A stretch of 64,000 nucleotides of DNA from Candidatus Latescibacterota bacterium (GTDB taxonomy: Bacteria > Latescibacterota > CBDCVA01), in contig CBDCVA010000001.1 in assembly GCA_965222935.1 (NCBI GenBank), forward strand, positions 196,093 to 260,092, in the 5' to 3' direction. Shown in pieces: positions 38,779 to 47,414 of this stretch; position 1 is the stretch's first letter; each line of letters opens with the position of its first letter. The translations under genes were made by a program, and so were the position numbers. The notes beneath the pieces were generated by a model that worked only from the letters and a program-made list of their open reading frames with translations, did no database searches and was not told the origin of the DNA.

Positions 38779-38806
38779 TTGCCCTTGGTAGGGGCCATGA
38801 TATATT
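38779..38806 (+). promoter_or_regulatory. Candidate promoter (TTGCCC-16nt-TATATT) in the divergent intergenic region upstream of the first OFOR operon
   Basis: The only AT-rich patch in the 280-nt divergent spacer. Confidence 0.25.
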
Positions 38807-38931
38807 AGCGAGCGGATGTTGAGTGTCATAGTTGCGCGCGGCTGCGAGCCGTGTAGCGCTGGCCTCCGCATGAGACATGGAAACATCCACCGTGTCCGGC
38901 GTCAATAACGCGGGAGACCAAGGTATATGAT

Positions 38932-40653
38932 ATGAGACAGTCCGACCTGCTTGTGCGGATCGGGGGCGAAGGCGGTGAAGGCGTCATCTCTTCGGGTGAG
39001 ATCCTCACCAAGGCGATGGCGCGGGCCGGCTGGAACGTGTTCACGTTTCGCACCTATCCCGCTGAGATTCGCGGGGGTGTGGCGATGTTTCAGTTGCGCG
39101 TGGCCTCGCAACCCATCTACTCGCAGGGCGGTAAAGCCGACCTGTTCATTGCCTTCAATGACGAGGCTCTGGAGCATTACCTTCCCGAACTGCGTCCCGG
39201 TGGTACGCTGTTGTTCGATCCTGAGCAGGCACACGCCCCTGAAGAGGGCGCCTACCACGTCCTTCCAGTGCCCCTCAACCGGCTGGCGCGCGAGGCCGGC
39301 AGTGTCCTGACCAAGAACATCGTCGCTGTCGGCGCGCTTTCCAAGGCGTTCGACGTGGACCCGGAGATCTTCCGTCAGCTCATCCGGGACCAGTGGCTGC
39401 GCAAGGGCGAGCGGGTCGTCGAGATGAACTACCGCGCGCTCGAAGTCGGTCGCCAGGCCGTCGTCGAGGCAGGGGGCGCCGAGGGAGTCGCTCTGGAAGC
39501 TGCCCCGCCCAACGGCGAGGAGCTCATGATCATCAGCGGCAACCAGGCGGTGGGCTTGGGCGCTATCGTTGCCGGCTGTCGCTTCTGCGCCGGATATCCC
39601 ATCACGCCTGCGACGCCGCTGTTTGAGTTTCTGATTGCAGAATTGCCGAAGTTCGGGGGAGGGACGTTCCAGGCCGAGGACGAGATGGCGGCACTGGGAG
39701 CGTGCCTGGGCGCCTCGTTCTCGGGCATCAAGGCGATGACTTGCACGTCGGGTCCTGGCATTTCACTGATGAGCGAACTCATCAACCACGCCTCGATGCT
39801 TGAGCTGCCCGTCGTCATCGTGGACGTCCAGCGCGCAGGACCCTCGACGGGCATGCCCACCAAGACTGAGCAGGGTGATCTGAAGTTCGCCATCTACGGC
39901 ACGACGGGGGAATCCCCCAGGATCGTGCTGGCTCCCACGTCGGTGGAGGACTGCATTTATCAGACGGTCCGCGCGTTCAACCTGAGCGAGCGTTATCAGA
40001 TGCCGGCCATCATCCTCAGCGACCAGGCGATGGCATATAGGACCCAGAACGTGAAGTTGCCCGACCTGTCTATGATCGATGTGGATGAGCGGATCCTGGC
40101 CGGCGATGGCGAGCTTAACGATTACAGGCGCTTCAGGCTTACCGAAACGGGCGTCTCGCCGATGACCGTTCCGGGGATGGAGGGCGGCGCCTATTTGGCG
40201 ACAGGTCTCGAGCACGACGAGACGGGCGCGCCCAAGTACACTCCTGAAGCTCACAAGACGATGACGGCCAAGCGGTTTCGAAAGCTGACTACACTCGCCG
40301 ACGAACTCGCCTCGGATCCCCAGCCGTACTACGGTTCAGATAAGGCTCGCATCGGCGTGATCGGCTGGGGCTCAACCGAAGGCGCGATCCGCGAGGCTCG
40401 ATACAGGGCGGAGGAGGCCGGCATTCCGATCAAGCACTTGCATCCGAGGGTGGTCTCTCCGCTGCCGGAGAAGCGCATCGCTGAGTTTCTCCGGGGACTA
40501 GAGACGATCATCATCCCCGAGGAGAACTTCACCGGGCAGTTCGCGCATTTCGTAAAGGCGAAGTTCGGGATCAGGCCCATAGAAGTTCACAAGGCGGAGG
40601 GGATCCCTCTCACACCCGAAGAAATCTTAGACGCGATTGAGGAGCATGCCTAA
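38932..40653 (+). CDS. 2-oxoacid:ferredoxin oxidoreductase subunit alpha with fused gamma domain (set 1)
   Basis: N-terminal gamma-type domain (GGEGGEGVISSGEIL); the alpha domain belongs to the pyruvate/2-oxoglutarate ferredoxin oxidoreductase family (KorA-like). Confidence 0.85.
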   Translation: MRQSDLLVRIGGEGGEGVISSGEILTKAMARAGWNVFTFRTYPAEIRGGVAMFQLRVASQPIYSQGGKADLFIAFNDEALEHYLPELRPGGTLLFDPEQAHAPEEGAYHVLPVPLNRLAREAGSVLTKNIVAVGALSKAFDVDPEIFRQLIRDQWLRKGERVVEMNYRALEVGRQAVVEAGGAEGVALEAAPPNGEELMIISGNQAVGLGAIVAGCRFCAGYPITPATPLFEFLIAELPKFGGGTFQAEDEMAALGACLGASFSGIKAMTCTSGPGISLMSELINHASMLELPVVIVDVQRAGPSTGMPTKTEQGDLKFAIYGTTGESPRIVLAPTSVEDCIYQTVRAFNLSERYQMPAIILSDQAMAYRTQNVKLPDLSMIDVDERILAGDGELNDYRRFRLTETGVSPMTVPGMEGGAYLATGLEHDETGAPKYTPEAHKTMTAKRFRKLTTLADELASDPQPYYGSDKARIGVIGWGSTEGAIREARYRAEEAGIPIKHLHPRVVSPLPEKRIAEFLRGLETIIIPEENFTGQFAHFVKAKFGIRPIEVHKAEGIPLTPEEILDAIEEHA

Positions 40654-40655
40654 CT

Positions 40656-41537
40656 ATGACCGCTCTCGTGGCAACACCGGCTCCGACCCGAAGTCCTGCC
40701 AGCTATAAAAGCGATCTCAAGCCCATCTGGTGCCGCGGTTGCGGCGATTTCGGGGCGCTCTCAGCCTTCTATAAGGCGCTCTCCACACAAAACGTCGATC
40801 CCAACGATCTCGTCTTCGTCAGCGGCATCGGCTGCTCCGGGCGTTTCCCCCACTTCGTTGAGACCTACAGCTTTCACTCGACCCACGGCAGAGCGCTTCC
40901 CGTGGCCACGGGGCTCAAGGTGGCGCGCCCGGAGCTTCCGGTGGCGGTGGTAGGCGGCGACGGCGACGGACTGGCCATCGGCATGGGGCACATCCCTCAC
41001 GCCGCACGGCGCAACGTTGACATCACTTACGTCCTTCTGGACAACGAGATCTATGGGCTGACCAAGGGACAAAGCTCGCCTACGACGCCCTTCGGCGCCC
41101 ATACCCCCGGGGGCATGGGGGCAACGAAGGATGGGCATTGGGAAGAGAGGCTGGACCCGTTGGCCATCTACATTGCCTCGGGGGCGACCTTCGTCGCCTG
41201 CGGCTTCACCGGCGTTCCAGCCCAACTGGCCGGCATCTTCTCGGCGGCGCTGGCCCACAAGGGCTTTTCCATCGTTCATACGTACAGCCCGTGCACGACC
41301 TTCAATCACTTTCTGACCTTCGACAGCATCAAGGAGCGCCTCGGCCAGATCCCCGAGGACCACGACCCCACCGACCGGCTGGCTGCGATGCGCTATGCCC
41401 TCGATCACGAACAGATCTGGACCGGCATATACTACCAGGTCGAGCGGCCGACGCTGGATGGCATTGTGGATGCCCAGCGGCGCGAGGTCGGGGATCGGCG
41501 GACCGCGCTCTTGGACCTCTTGAGGGGGTTTGAATAG
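40656..41537 (+). CDS. 2-oxoacid:ferredoxin oxidoreductase subunit beta, TPP-binding (set 1)
   Basis: CPGCGDFG motif and TPP-binding GDGD...N pattern (KorB-like). Confidence 0.85.
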   Translation: MTALVATPAPTRSPASYKSDLKPIWCRGCGDFGALSAFYKALSTQNVDPNDLVFVSGIGCSGRFPHFVETYSFHSTHGRALPVATGLKVARPELPVAVVGGDGDGLAIGMGHIPHAARRNVDITYVLLDNEIYGLTKGQSSPTTPFGAHTPGGMGATKDGHWEERLDPLAIYIASGATFVACGFTGVPAQLAGIFSAALAHKGFSIVHTYSPCTTFNHFLTFDSIKERLGQIPEDHDPTDRLAAMRYALDHEQIWTGIYYQVERPTLDGIVDAQRREVGDRRTALLDLLRGFE

Positions 41538-41645
41538 CCGAAGGAGCCGGGTGCGTGAGTTGTGCGGCATCGCGCCTGGCGGGTGCCTGGCATACGTAGT
41601 GGCGAATATACAAATCATGGCGAAACGATCCCGGAGTCGAGTCCT

Positions 41646-43409
41646 ATGCGAGAAGAACTAACGCTTGGAATTGGCGGCGCTGCAGGCGAAGGTATCGGAG
41701 CACCTGGCAATGCGGTAGGTCAGCTCTGCGCCCGCCTCGGGTTGCACGTGTACTCCTATAACGAGTACCAGTCCTTGGTCAAAGGCGGGCACATCTGGCT
41801 GCGCATTCGGATGTCCAAGACGAAGGTCGAAAACCATGGCGATCACCTCAACGTCGCGCTCGCCTTCAATCAAGACACCCTCAATCGGCATGCTCAAGAG
41901 GTAGAGCCGGGCGGGGCCGTCATCTTTAACGGGGGCAAGCTCAGCCTCGAGGGACTGCAACTTCAAGAGGACGTGACGCCTATCCCGCTCCCTATCACGG
42001 AGATTATGGAACCCTTTGGACGGCTACCGGCGATCATGCAGAACACGGTCATGATTGGCGCTGTCATGTGGGTCTTGGGCCTCGATTTCCCGGTCCTCAA
42101 GGAGTCCATCCGCGAAGAGTTCCTGGGACGCGGCAAGGGCGAGGAGGTGGCTAACACCAACGCCGATCTAGCTCAGGCGGGGTACGACTATGCCCGGTCT
42201 CAGTATCCGCACCTGGGCGATGACTGGGGGGAGTTCTCACGGGTGGGCAGGGCGGTCGTCACCGGCAATGAGATGTTCGGTTTCGGCGCCTTGGCCGCGG
42301 GATGCGCTTACTACACAGCTTATCCGATGACGCCAGCCTCGGGCATCCTTCATTTGCTGGCCAAGTACGGGCCGCGCCACGGGATGGTAGTGAAGCAGAT
42401 GGAGGACGAGATCGCTGTGCTCAACTCGGCCATCGGTGCTGGCTTCGCGGGAGTGAGAGCGATGTGCGGCACCTCCGGCGGCGGGTTCGCCTTGATGACG
42501 GAGGCCGTGGGCATGGCGGGGATGACAGAGACGCCAGTCGTGATCGTGGAATGCCAGCGCGGCGGCCCGTCCACGGGGCTACCTACCAAGACCGAGCAGG
42601 GCGACCTCAATCAGGCCTACGGGGCCTCTCAGGGTGATTACCCCCGTGTGATCTTTGCTCCCACCGACGCGATCGACTGCTTCAATGCGATCCCCGAAGC
42701 CTTCAACCTGGCCGAGCGCTGGCAGATCCCCGTGATCGTGTTGTCGGACCTCTATCTCTCCGAGCATAATGAGACGATCGACCCCGAGGCCGTGAACTTC
42801 GCGGTCGAGATTGATCGCGGCGAGATTGTCAGAGAGCTTCCGCCCGAGAACGGCTATCTACGTTTCCGCCATACCGCCTCGGGTGTGTCGCCGCGCGTGT
42901 TGCCCGGGACCCTGGGTGGCGTCCATACCACGGCCACGGACGAGCACGATCAGCGCGGCGCCCTCATAAGCGATGAGTACACCAATCCGCCCGAGCGCAT
43001 CAAGATGATGGACAAGAGGATGCGGAAGATGGAGGGTATTTTACGCGAGGTGCCTCCGCCCGTCTTGGAGGGCCCTGCAGAGGCGGATGTCACGCTGATC
43101 GGGTGGGGATCCACAACGGGGCTGATTCGAGAGGCCATCGGGCAACTCGCGGAGACCGGCGTGACCGCGAACCATGTGCAGTTCCGCTACCTCGTTCCCT
43201 TCCATACCGACGAGGCCCGGGTGATTCTGGAGCGGGCACGCTTCACCATCATGGTGGAGGTGAATTACAGCGGACAGTTCGAGCGTCATCTGCGCGCCGA
43301 GACGGGTTTGAGCGTGGACGCTCACGTGCGGAAGTACGATGGCGAGCCCATGGAACCGGCTTACCTAAAGGACCGAATACTGGAGGTGCTGAATGTCCCC
43401 GTCAGTTGA
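41646..43409 (+). CDS. 2-oxoacid:ferredoxin oxidoreductase subunit alpha with fused gamma domain (set 2)
   Basis: Paralogue of 38932-40653 (IGGAAGEGIGAPG... gamma domain, alpha domain); ATG at 41646. Confidence 0.85.
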   Translation: MREELTLGIGGAAGEGIGAPGNAVGQLCARLGLHVYSYNEYQSLVKGGHIWLRIRMSKTKVENHGDHLNVALAFNQDTLNRHAQEVEPGGAVIFNGGKLSLEGLQLQEDVTPIPLPITEIMEPFGRLPAIMQNTVMIGAVMWVLGLDFPVLKESIREEFLGRGKGEEVANTNADLAQAGYDYARSQYPHLGDDWGEFSRVGRAVVTGNEMFGFGALAAGCAYYTAYPMTPASGILHLLAKYGPRHGMVVKQMEDEIAVLNSAIGAGFAGVRAMCGTSGGGFALMTEAVGMAGMTETPVVIVECQRGGPSTGLPTKTEQGDLNQAYGASQGDYPRVIFAPTDAIDCFNAIPEAFNLAERWQIPVIVLSDLYLSEHNETIDPEAVNFAVEIDRGEIVRELPPENGYLRFRHTASGVSPRVLPGTLGGVHTTATDEHDQRGALISDEYTNPPERIKMMDKRMRKMEGILREVPPPVLEGPAEADVTLIGWGSTTGLIREAIGQLAETGVTANHVQFRYLVPFHTDEARVILERARFTIMVEVNYSGQFERHLRAETGLSVDAHVRKYDGEPMEPAYLKDRILEVLNVPVS

Positions 43410-44274
43410 AATCCTGCCTGTCAAGGATTATAAAGGACTGGTAGACCCCGACTGGTGCCCCGGCTGCGGCGACTTCGGGGTACTCCGGGCGCTGCAAACG
43501 GCCGCCAGCCAGTTGGCGATCCACCCTCATCGGCTCGTGGCCGTCTCCGGCATAGGCTGCTCTTCGAATCTGCCCGGGTTCATTCACGCGTACGGTTTTC
43601 ACAGCCTGCACGGTCGTGCGCTCCCCGTAGCAACGGGCATCAAGCTGGCCAACCCCGATCTCAACGTCGTTGTGGCCACGGGTGACGGGGATGGCTACGG
43701 GATCGGCGCGGGTCACTTCGTCCACATCCTGCGGCGGAACGTGGACATGACCATGATCGTGATGAACAACCAGATCTATGGGCTCACCACCGGCCAGGTG
43801 TCGCCCACGAGCGAGAAGGGAATGAAGAGCAAGTCCACCTTGGGCGGCACGTTGGAGGAAGCGTTCAATCCGCTGGCTCTTGCGCTTGCGGGCGGCGCCA
43901 CTTTCGTTTCCCGCTGCTTCTCGGGTGATGCCAAGCACATGGCCCAGGTGCTCAAGCGCGCTATCAGCCACAGGGGCTTTAGTCTGGTGGACGTGTTCAG
44001 TCCCTGCGTCACCTACAACAAGATCAACACTTACGCGTGGTTCAAGGAGCGCGTCTACAAGCTCGAAGAGGCCGACCACGATACCAGCGCCTTTCAAACA
44101 GCGATGCTCAAGGCCATGGAGTGGGGGCATGAGATCCCGCTCGGGGTCTTCTACGAGCGCGAAGCGCCCACCTACGAGGATGAGGAACCAGCCCTGGCGG
44201 ACGGTCCGCTGCCTGAACGCGAACTGGGCATGACCCAGGAGCAGGGCATGGCGGTGCTCAAGGACTTCATGTAG
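43393..44274 (+). CDS. 2-oxoacid:ferredoxin oxidoreductase subunit beta, TPP-binding (set 2)
   Basis: CPGCGDFG plus TPP motif; overlaps the preceding alpha gene. Confidence 0.85.
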   Translation: MSPSVEILPVKDYKGLVDPDWCPGCGDFGVLRALQTAASQLAIHPHRLVAVSGIGCSSNLPGFIHAYGFHSLHGRALPVATGIKLANPDLNVVVATGDGDGYGIGAGHFVHILRRNVDMTMIVMNNQIYGLTTGQVSPTSEKGMKSKSTLGGTLEEAFNPLALALAGGATFVSRCFSGDAKHMAQVLKRAISHRGFSLVDVFSPCVTYNKINTYAWFKERVYKLEEADHDTSAFQTAMLKAMEWGHEIPLGVFYEREAPTYEDEEPALADGPLPERELGMTQEQGMAVLKDFM

Positions 44275-44377
44275 GAGTACCGATTAGCACGGTAGCGCTT
44301 GAGGCCCACTGCCCGGCCACGGGGGTGGGTCTTCGCTTCTCAAGGTATCCGATTGTAGCAGTGGGGGGGGGCGTGCG

Positions 44378-45061
44378 ATGCTGACCATTCGTTTTCTGGG
44401 CCACGCGGCTTTCACCTTCTCCGACGGCTCCCACGAGGTGCTGGTTGACCCGTTCCTCACCGACAACCCGGTGGCGGCGGCTAAGCCCGACGACCTCTCG
44501 CCGGACGCGATCCTGCTGACGCACGGCCACAACGATCACCTCGGTGACGCCGTCCCGATCGCCAAGCGGGCGAATGCCACCATCGTCGCGCCCTTTGAAC
44601 TGGCTGTTTTCTGCGAGCGCCAGGGCTGCGTTACCCACCCCATGCACATCGGCGGCGCGCACGCGTTCGATTTCGGTCGCGTCAAGTTCGTGCCGGCATG
44701 GCACGGCTCCGCCTTCATCGGCGACGACATCGTCTACACGGGCAACCCCACCGGGATCATTCTGACGATGGGCGGCATCTCCGTCTATCATGCCGGCGAC
44801 ACGGGGCTCTTCGGGGATATGCGTCTGATCGGCGAACGGGAGACGCCGGATGTCGCGCTGCTGCCCATCGGCGACAACTTCACGATGGGCGTCGAGGACG
44901 CCGAACAGGCGGCGCGATGGGTGGGAGCGAGGCGCGTCATTCCTATGCATTACAATACATTTGACCTGATTAGTGCAGACCCGCAGGACCTCGCAAGGCG
45001 CCTGGAGGGCAGCGGGATCGAGGTTCTCCCCCTAGCACCGGGTGAATCGCTTCAGGTGTGA
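44378..45061 (+). CDS. UPF0173-type metal-dependent hydrolase (MBL fold)
   Basis: LTHGHNDH motif and UPF0173 family architecture; preceded by a G9 homopolymer. Confidence 0.7.
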   Translation: MLTIRFLGHAAFTFSDGSHEVLVDPFLTDNPVAAAKPDDLSPDAILLTHGHNDHLGDAVPIAKRANATIVAPFELAVFCERQGCVTHPMHIGGAHAFDFGRVKFVPAWHGSAFIGDDIVYTGNPTGIILTMGGISVYHAGDTGLFGDMRLIGERETPDVALLPIGDNFTMGVEDAEQAARWVGARRVIPMHYNTFDLISADPQDLARRLEGSGIEVLPLAPGESLQV

Positions 45062-45555
45062 GACGACTGCGCCTGACACCCGACCAGAAGCGCATCTTAT
45101 GCTTTCTACCACCGACGGGTGAGACGGAAGAGATCAACGATCTGATCGGCGAGATTGCCGAGCTTCCTCGCTCGCTTCTAGGCCAGTGGTTCGATGAGCG
45201 CCTGCTCGATCCCGAGCAACGGCGGGCGCACCATCAGGCGGAACGCTGTGTCCGCCGCGTCATCCGCCAGCTCTTCGAGCGAGGCCTCGTGGACGTGGGC
45301 AACGACGCGACTTACGGCGAAGGCGTTCGCCGGTTCCACAGGCGCATGTGGGAGGCTCAGCAGGACCCCGGCTACTGGAAGCAGAAAGAGGCGACCCCGT
45401 CCGCGGAGCAGCTTGAGCGCTCCATGGCGCTTCACCAGGAGCTAATGGAGACGCGAAAGTTCAACGTTGCCAGGGAGGCGCTGCGAGGTGACGTGCGGAC
45501 CGTGGGCTTGACTGCGGTGGGCTGTCAGTGGCGCGCCGCACAGGCAGCGGGTTAG
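45058..45555 (+). CDS. Hypothetical protein
   Basis: 165 aa; GTG start overlapping the hydrolase stop (GTGA); no recognisable domain. Confidence 0.4.
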   Translation: MRRLRLTPDQKRILCFLPPTGETEEINDLIGEIAELPRSLLGQWFDERLLDPEQRRAHHQAERCVRRVIRQLFERGLVDVGNDATYGEGVRRFHRRMWEAQQDPGYWKQKEATPSAEQLERSMALHQELMETRKFNVAREALRGDVRTVGLTAVGCQWRAAQAAG

Positions 45556-45570
45556 CGCCATCCGAAGCCT

Positions 45571-45630
45571 GATGAGAAGTACATCCTGAGCCCGTCGAGG
45601 GATGAGCGCCTCTTAGTTGCCGGGATCAAG
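45571..45630 (+). repeat. 60-bp direct repeat copy A (~87% identical to 52093-52152)
   Basis: gatgagaagtacatcctgagcccgtcgagggatgagcgcctcttagttgccgggatcaag versus gatgagacgtacatcctgggcccgtcgaaggataagtgcctcctagtcgccgagatcgg. Confidence 0.6.
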
Positions 45631-45635
45631 TCTGC

Positions 45636-45725
45636 GGTTCCCTCACCCGCGCGGGGATAACGCCATTACTGGGATTGGTGCCCCAATCAGCCACCCGGTT
45701 TCCCCGCCGGCGAGGGAAGCCGTGG
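45636..45725 (+). CRISPR. Degenerate type I-E-like CRISPR mini-array (2 repeats of 29 nt flanking one 32-nt spacer)
   Basis: R1 GGTTCCCTCACCCGCGCGGGGATAACGCC (45636-45664); spacer attactgggattggtgccccaatcagccaccc (32 nt); R2 GGTTTCCCCGCCGGCGAGGGAAGCCGTGG (45697-45725). The 61-nt period and palindromic CCCCGC..GCGGGG core match the E. coli-type I-E repeat family. Confidence 0.5.
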
Positions 45726-45773
45726 CGCTCAGAAACCACCATTGATTCCATGCCAAAGAGGGAAACCTGAAGG

Positions 45774-46826
45774 ATGATGAACCGACGCAGCTTTCTGAAG
45801 AAGGCAGGGGCGGCTAGCGCCGTGGGCGCGGCTGCGATTGCGGCCCCGGCGGTGCACGCGCAATCGAAGACAAAGATCAAGTGGCGCCTCCAGACCTATG
45901 CGGGGCCCGCCCTCGCCGAGCACGTCATCAAGCCGTCCATCGATTCGTTCAACAAGGTGGCGAACGGCGAGATGGAAGTCGGACTCTACTTCGCGGACCA
46001 GCTCGTGCCGACCGGCGAGCTTTTCCGGGCCATGCAGCAGGGCACCATCGACGCGGTGCAGTCGGACGACGACTCGATCGCAGCGCCGGTGGACATCTCC
46101 GTATTCGGCGGCTACTTCCCGTTCGCCACTCGGTACAGCCTCGACGTGCCAGCGCTCTTCCACCAATGGGGGCTGAACGAGATCTGGGCGGAAGCCTACG
46201 GTGAAATCGAAGGGGTCACGTGGCTCAGCGCCGGCGCCTGGGACCCGTGTCACTTCAATACCGTCAACCCCATTCGCAGCCTCGAGGGTCTCAAGGGCCT
46301 TCGCGTGTACACCTTCCCTACCGCCGGCCGCTTCCTGTCGCGCTTCGGGGTGGTGCCGGTGACTCTGCCCTGGGAGGACATAGAAGTCGCGGTGCAGACC
46401 GGGGAGTTGGACGGCATGGCTTGGTCCGGTATCACCGAGGACTACACGGCAGGCTGGGCCGACCTCACCAACTACTTCCTCACCAACAGCATCTCGGGCG
46501 CGTGGTGCGGGTCGTACTTCGCCAACTCTGAGAAGTGGGACGCCGTGCCCGCTCACCTTCAGGAGTTGTTCCGGCTCTGCATGGACAGCTCGCACTACTA
46601 CCGCCAGTACTGGTACTGGGGCGGCGAGGCGAAGCTCCGCGTCGACGGCACCAAGCTGGAGCTGACCTCGATCCCAGACGAGGAGTGGGCGAAGGTGGAG
46701 GCCGAGGCGGTCACGTTCTGGGACGAGATCGCGGCCGAGACCCCGCGCACCGCCAAAGTGGTGGGCATCCTGCGGGCCTACAACGAGGCCATGAGCAAGG
46801 CCGGCCGGCCCTACCGGTATTCCTGA
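45774..46826 (+). CDS. TRAP transporter substrate-binding protein (DctP family), Tat signal; no adjacent DctQM genes
   Basis: RRSFLKKAGAASAVGAAA twin-arginine signal; DctP-family pattern. Confidence 0.8.
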   Translation: MMNRRSFLKKAGAASAVGAAAIAAPAVHAQSKTKIKWRLQTYAGPALAEHVIKPSIDSFNKVANGEMEVGLYFADQLVPTGELFRAMQQGTIDAVQSDDDSIAAPVDISVFGGYFPFATRYSLDVPALFHQWGLNEIWAEAYGEIEGVTWLSAGAWDPCHFNTVNPIRSLEGLKGLRVYTFPTAGRFLSRFGVVPVTLPWEDIEVAVQTGELDGMAWSGITEDYTAGWADLTNYFLTNSISGAWCGSYFANSEKWDAVPAHLQELFRLCMDSSHYYRQYWYWGGEAKLRVDGTKLELTSIPDEEWAKVEAEAVTFWDEIAAETPRTAKVVGILRAYNEAMSKAGRPYRYS

Positions 46827-46897
46827 TAGGCCTGAACGGACGAAGCGCAAGCAACAGACCCACGCGCCCGCGGCGAGCCGATGCAGCGGATTATGGA

Positions 46898-47400
46898 ATG
46901 AGGCGCAGCGGTCGTCCCCTCGTTTTCGCCGTTCCGACGCGTACCGCCACCAGGCAGCTTCATGGTCGCGTCAATGAGGCGCTACGCCGGGTGCTCGGTG
47001 CGGATACGCCTGAAGCCGTGCTGGCCATTCCCGGGATGCTGCGCGCGAAGGAGTTAGGGGGCCAACGTCTGTCCCATTGGCGCGTAAAGTGGGACGACGA
47101 TGCAACATTGGTCCCGCAACGATGGGCCGCCGAGCACGCGACGCGATTTCTGGCGGTACCTGTTGGCGTCGGTACTGTGGATCAGACGATGCTTGCCGGA
47201 CTTGGGTGAAATATGCGCCTTTGCGGAGCAGCGCGCTCAATCACAGTCTTCTGGTGATCGACGAGGTTCATGTTTCCGACGCCTACATGGCCGAGATTCT
47301 GGCGCGACTCCTGGATGGGCACCTCGCCACCGGAGGATACGCGATGCTGATGTCTGCGACACTGGATTCGCGACCGGGGGATGCGCCGACGCCCGCTGAA
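46898..47400 (+). pseudogene. cas3: Internal fragment of a Cas3-like SF2 helicase (motifs Ia-II-III only), frameshifted near 47205; lacks the HD domain, Walker A and C-terminal domains
   Basis: Frame 1 (46898-47209) reads ...LVFAVPTRTATRQLHGRV...GTVDQTMLAGLG*; the +1 frame (47209-) reads KYAPLRSSALNHSLLVIDEVHVSDAYMAEILARLLDG...AMLMSATLD. DEVH followed by (A/V)xDAYM fits my recollection of the type I-E Cas3 motif II; SAT is motif III. Truncated at both ends by neighbouring genes. Confidence 0.45.
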
Positions 47401-47414
47401 ACACCGGCCATGCC

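Noticed and set aside
45571-45630. Possibility that the 60-bp direct repeats encode a conserved peptide (DE[KT]YIL[SG]PS[RK]D…LLVA)
   Set aside because: Only 2 of 9 nucleotide differences are synonymous, so there is no evidence of purifying selection on a peptide. Copy A lies downstream of a stop and copy B upstream of the real PPIase start. Treated as a nucleotide-level repeat.
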